DNA of 64,000 nt from Scyliorhinus canicula (Eukaryota): assembly GCF_902713615.1 (NCBI RefSeq), contig NW_024056010.1, forward strand, positions 186,001 to 250,000. Direction: 5' to 3'. Of the stretch, positions 59,371 to 64,000 are shown piece after piece. Numbering within the stretch: position 1 is the stretch's first letter; every line of letters begins with the position of its first letter. A program made the position numbers and the translations under genes. A model generated the notes under the pieces. That model was given only the letters and a program-made list of their open reading frames with translations, searched no databases and was not told the origin of the DNA.

Positions 59371-60303
59371 CAGAAATCTGCCTAACCTACACATCTTTGG
59401 ACACTAAGTGTCAATTGTTCATGGCCAGTCCACCACTGCACATTTTTGGACTGTGGGTGGAAACCGGAGCACCTGGAGGAAACCCACGCAGACTCGGCGA
59501 GAACGTGCAAACGTTAACACCTGCGTTATGAGGAAACAGCGCTAACACTGGGGGCTAATTGGGCGTTGTTGGGATGTACAATCATAGACAGTATTTTCAA
59601 CGTGAATAATATTCATATAATCACAGAAAGTAAATTACCAATTCATCTCTGGTGCCTTGTCGTCAATGGTAAATGATCTGGGCCCAGGTTTCTCATTTAT
59701 TCTCTTCATAATAATAATCTTCATTAGCGTTACAACTAAGCTGACAGTAACAATGCAATGAAGTTCCAATGAAAATCCAATAAAAGGAGAAGATGTCTCC
59801 TTGAACACCTGACGTTCTGATTGGCCACGTTGTGCTTCGAGGAGAGCCACATTGATTTCGAAATGCTAACTCTTGTTCAATGATCCACAGATACTGCCAG
59901 ACCTGCAGCTTCTTTCCATCATTTTCTGTTTATATTTCAGAACTACACCATCTGCAGCATTTTTTAAAAGTAAGGATGGTCATATATTGTGTTTGATGGA
60001 GACTGAGAACACACGTTGGTTTATTGCTGCGATTTTCCTGAATTGAATTAGAGTCCATAAAATGAGCAGAGGCCTCATTTCATTTTCAGAACGAATGTCT
60101 TGATATGAATACTGGAGTGTTTGAGGTCTGTTGTTGTGGCCGGACCCAAATATACATGACCACAGTTTCTATTGGCTGCACACCAGTGACTAACCTCACC
60201 TTCTCCAACAGTACCTGCCAACTACTCCCAAAGAACTTCCAAAAAATGGAATGCAAAAGAAACCACTGGCATTTCACTGCGCGGGAAACTTACGTTGGAC
60301 CAA

Positions 60304-60321
60304 AGCACCATCTGGCGGCCA
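60304..60321 (-). promoter_or_regulatory. CTCF-like motif, reverse orientation
   Basis: Minus strand TGGCCGCCAGATGGTGCT; core 13/15 to consensus. Confidence 0.45.
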
Positions 60322-60588
60322 ACTGGCGACTTGTTTTTTTAAACCTGCATGTGAGGGAGAGACAAGGCGAGAAACAAAAACAGGGAGATAAATAATAGGA
60401 AACACAGTGGCAGATAATGAAAATATGGAGGCAGACAGAGCGAGACAGAGAGAGAAGGGGGATTTTTGATGAAGGTACAATGTGAGAGAGAAATGCAGCA
60501 AAACGGAGAAATACGAACTACGAAATCAAGAAAAACAAATGACAGATTCAGAGGGAGAAACCGTGATAGAAATAGTGACCAAAATAGG

Positions 60589-60820
60589 AGCAGCACGGTA
60601 ACACAGTGGTTAGCACAGTTGCTTCATAATTCCAGGGTCCCAGGTTCGATTCCCAGCTTGGGTCATTGTCTCCCCAGAGTCTGCACGTTCTCCCCGTGTC
60701 TCCGTGGATTTCCTCCGGGTGCTCCGGTTTCCTCCTGCAGGGCAAGATGTGCAGGTTAGGTGGATTGGCCATTATAAATTGCCCTTAGTGTCCAAAAAGG
60801 ATAGGTGGGGTTACTGGTTA
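60589..60820 (+). mobile_element. SINE
   Basis: gcagcacggtaacacagtggttagcacagttgcttc... ggttcgattccca... taaattgcccttagtgtcc. Confidence 0.8.
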
Positions 60821-61904
60821 CATAATCAGAAAAATAAGGGAGAGGTGGAGGCAAGAAGGGAAAGAGATGAAGATATGGTGGAGAAACTGTGAATGGCACA
60901 GATATATGCAGACAATACAGCTGGAGGAACAAAGAGAGTGAAATGATCAGAGAATAACAGGGACAAGGAGATAGACAGTGAGGTTAAAACGGTGTACAAT
61001 GAGTCAAGCAATGTCTTACATTGAATCTAATGAGCATAGACCCCAGAAATAAATAGAAAAAACGAATGATCTTACATTGCTTAGGCAGAACCTCGACGTC
61101 AAATCATCTTTAAGACGAGATGCAAATGTGTTCCGAGGGAGTCAGCTTATGTGGTGAACGCAGTAAAGATGAACTTCCAATGTTGTTGTGGTACCAAAGC
61201 CAGAGAACAACTGCTCACTAATCTTTCAACTACCTACATCATGTATAATGCAGTCTCCAGAGGTCAGTGCCAATTCTGCACCTTTTCATTGTTCAAGTGA
61301 CTGAGGGGTAAAAAACAGGTATGTGGGCAGGAAGGACCCAGAATCACAACATTTAGGGAAGGAATGAGGCCTACTTGAAAGTGCGACACCAAGCGGTTTT
61401 AATACAGTATTTTCCACGTTGTCTTCCGTTTTCAATTTATGACAATATCCCTTTGACAAGTTTTTGTGTATCTTCGCCCTTTACCACTTTGATCGGTATT
61501 CCTGACAATAAGAAATCACAATGGAAAAAATAAAATTCATCTTTCACTAACCATTTTCCATTAAAGTGAAGTGATTTTGTCATTGAATCTTCAACCAATG
61601 AAAATAATTACAAGCGATCTACTCCAACACAAGGGCGTAATTGTGAGGATGTAAATTCCTTCTCCTTTCTACCTTTTTTGTGACAAGCAAATTAATCCAA
61701 GATTCCCTTGTCTGTTTCATAAACGTTTTTCATTCCTAGTACTCTTCTGATATATGATACTGTCATTCTCTCCAACTTGCAAACATTCTTTGTACTTTGT
61801 CTTTCACTGCATTTGGACAGCAATAATTAATGCAGAATTTGGAATACGCTTCGATATAAACAGCAGCGATGACAAAACCAGTATCTAAATGGCTCCAATT
61901 TATA

Positions 61905-62242
61905 AAATAGAATCATAGCATCTCTATAGTGCAGAAGGAGGACATTTTGCCATCGAGTCCGCACCGATTCACTGGACGAGCACGCCACCCAAGCCCAATT
62001 CCCCGCCCAATTCCTGGAATCATTTAACCTAATCTAAACATCCCTGACACTGAGGGTAATTTAACATGACCAATGCACCGAATCAGCAAATCGTTGGACT
62101 GTGGATGGAAACTGGAGCACGCGGAGGAAACCCACGCAGACACGGAGAGAAAGTGTATGCTCCACAGTCACCCAAGGCCAGAATTGAAACTAGGCCCCTG
62201 GCGCTGTGAGGCAGCAGTGCTAGGCACTGTGCCACCGTGCTG
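61905..62242 (-). mobile_element. SINE
   Basis: Reverse HE1-like sequence ending in ...cactgtgccaccgtgctg. Confidence 0.75.
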
Positions 62243-62407
62243 AAATTTAGCTTTCTGGCAAACGTTCATGTCTGCAGATAAAATATTCACCCAATCCACT
62301 CAAGGACCTCCTCCTAAAATGAATTACTTCGAACGGGTCAGCATAGGGTTCCAAAGTCAAGCATGCGCCTGATTAAATCACGTGTTAACATTAACAAAGT
62401 TATCCGT

Positions 62408-62417
62408 AGTGATGTCA
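62408..62417 (+). promoter_or_regulatory. TCR V-promoter decamer AGTGATGTCA for V5
   Basis: Exact AGTGAYRTCA match ~125 bp upstream of the ATG. Confidence 0.6.
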
Positions 62418-62540
62418 TATATTGCCTGCCCCCCTGCAGTGTGTGGGTGGAACAGTAACCTGAACAGAGCCGGGTTCCCTCTCTGCTTCTCAATCTCTGC
62501 CTCATTCCATTCCCATTCCGTCAGAGGGATTCGGTCAGAA

Positions 62541-62982
62541 ATGTCTCTGTTAATACTGGCGGCGCTCTTGCATAGTAAGTATTGGATTCTGGGCTGGATT
62601 CTCCGGTTCCACAGCCACGTGTTTCTAACTCTCAGATTCTCGCAATGTTTGTTTAACTCTTCCTCTACTTTCATTCCTCTACTTTCGCAGGCGGACTATG
62701 CGCCGATCCAGTAACTCAATCACCGGAGACAATATCTGCATCAGAAGGGGGTTCAGTGCAGTTAGATTGCGAATATACAGACCCGACTGTGTGCCACATG
62801 CTATAATATCAGCAAAAACCGGCACAGCCGCCGAAATTGATCATCATGAACATATCGGCGATGAAGAAAGAGGATATCTTAAGGCGATATCTGGCGGCTG
62901 CCAACAAGTCTAAAAAGAATAGTTATCTCAATATAAACGCGCTCAGTGTGGAGGACGGGGCGGTCTATTACTGTGCAATGAG
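62541..62982 (+). pseudogene. TRAV/TRDV: TCR-type V segment V5, pseudogene (leader 62541-62574, V exon 62691-62982)
   Basis: MSLLILAALLH-SGLCADPVTQSPETISASEGGSVQLDCEYTDPTVCHML*YQQKPAQPPKLII...EDGAVYYCAMS; TAA at 62804-62806 in place of W41; RSS cacagtg (62983-62989), 23 bp, acaaaaatc (63013-63021). Confidence 0.9.
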
Positions 62983-63608
62983 CACAGTGTCACAAAGCAG
63001 CTACAACCATGTACAAAAATCTCAGAGAGTATTTTCAATTCCACTAATTTTGCGTTCCTGCCCTTAAAAGCACAGAAAAGCACTCAAGTCTATTTATCCA
63101 CCAATTCCATTGCTGTCTCAATCCTTGTACAGCTCAATAAAGGAGCCGTTTGGGATTTGTGAGATTAATCTGCATGCCGCGATGCACAGTAAATTTACGC
63201 TTGGAATATCCACTTCTGAGCAGAAGTATTGTAAGCACTCAGATGTGGGGATGATAAAATCTTCCAAAGGATTAACTTAGGTGGATCTAAGGCCACTGAG
63301 TCTGAGCCCCCCTGTAGTCTTCAGCAGAACTTGGATTTTCCGATCAAAAATATATCAAATATATGTTGACACTTCCTGCTTTCTGTTATGGAGTCGCCCC
63401 GATAAGGGTTATGTTTCAGCGAGGCGGTGAACGAGTGGTGCTGTCCATGGTGAGTGCTGTAAAATTCAAGGGGCTCTGATGAGTCACTGACTCGGAAAGG
63501 TCCACGACCGCGGGACCATGTGTTTGTCCGATCCTTCCAGATCTTTTCTGCACTGCCTCAGGGGACAGGTGTTCTCTTTCGATCGCTGGCAATCAGAAGA
63601 TTGTGCGT

Positions 63609-63795
63609 CACTGCTGAGGTGCACAGATATTGTGATCCTGTTCTGATAACAAGTACCGTGCCCCCGCTGTGGCATGGAGTTACCTCTACCATTGGAGCAT
63701 CCTTCATGGCGCTGTGTTGGGACAGCTCAACGATGCTGTGTCTCCCTCGATAAGAAACACCGACTCAGGAGATTGCGATACCTCTTCACGGACCC
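63609..63795 (-). pseudogene. Decayed V-segment relic
   Basis: Minus, one frame: GVREEVSQSPESVFLIEGDTASLSC-PNTAP*RMLQ-W*R*LHATAGARYLL-SEQDHNI-CA, then cagcagtg. C (63724) and W (63691) are spaced as in V4; CDR2-FR3 appears deleted; acceptor and nonamer not recognisable. Confidence 0.55.
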
Positions 63796-64000
63796 ACGAA
63801 CAAAACAAATTTGAGCAGGATTTGTTTATTCACTCCCCGAGCCTCCTCCATCGTTCAACAAGTTCGTGGCCGATGTGATCTTGACCTCAGATTCACATTT
63901 CGCCTACCCCGGATAAACTTTAAATTCATTTTTAATCGAGAATACAACCACGTCTGCCTCGAAATATTCAATGGACCCACCTCAGCGGTCTCTGCGGGAG

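Noticed and set aside
60075-60330. Acceptor-like ttttcag followed by HSFYW...FHCAG
   Set aside because: W-to-C distance is far too short for a V domain and there is no RSS.
61120-61127. Ig octamer ATGCAAAT
   Set aside because: 1.4 kb from the nearest leader; a few hits are expected by chance in 64 kb of AT-rich DNA.

Overview
Eukaryotic, repeat-rich DNA from a cartilaginous fish (shark-type IgM VH, shark-type SINE/CR1 repeats; species cannot be fixed from sequence alone). It is part of an antigen-receptor region. The left end (644-2399, minus strand) holds an intact, unrearranged IgM-type heavy-chain VH-D1-D2-JH cluster with a complete 23 / 12-22 / 12-12 / 23 RSS set; any C exons would lie off the left edge. 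The right third (41-64 kb) holds TCR alpha/delta-type V segments: a four-V cassette (V1+, V2+, V3+, V4-) duplicated in tandem (~32.5-47.2 kb and ~47.5-58.3 kb), an inverted chimeric V3/V4 relic with an orphan RSS, a stop-codon pseudogene (V5) and at least one more decayed V. Between them lie an older ~5-kb tandem duplication, a 370-N assembly gap, a 78-bp minisatellite, a candidate ETS/RUNX/GATA enhancer, and many CR1/L2 LINE pieces and tRNA-derived SINEs; a hAT MITE and a Penelope fragment sit inside the V cassettes. The main observation is an IgH minilocus ~39 kb from TCR V genes, all with mutually compatible RSSs. This has a precedent in nurse shark, and here the linkage crosses an assembly gap. 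No TCR D, J or C segments were recognised in the window.
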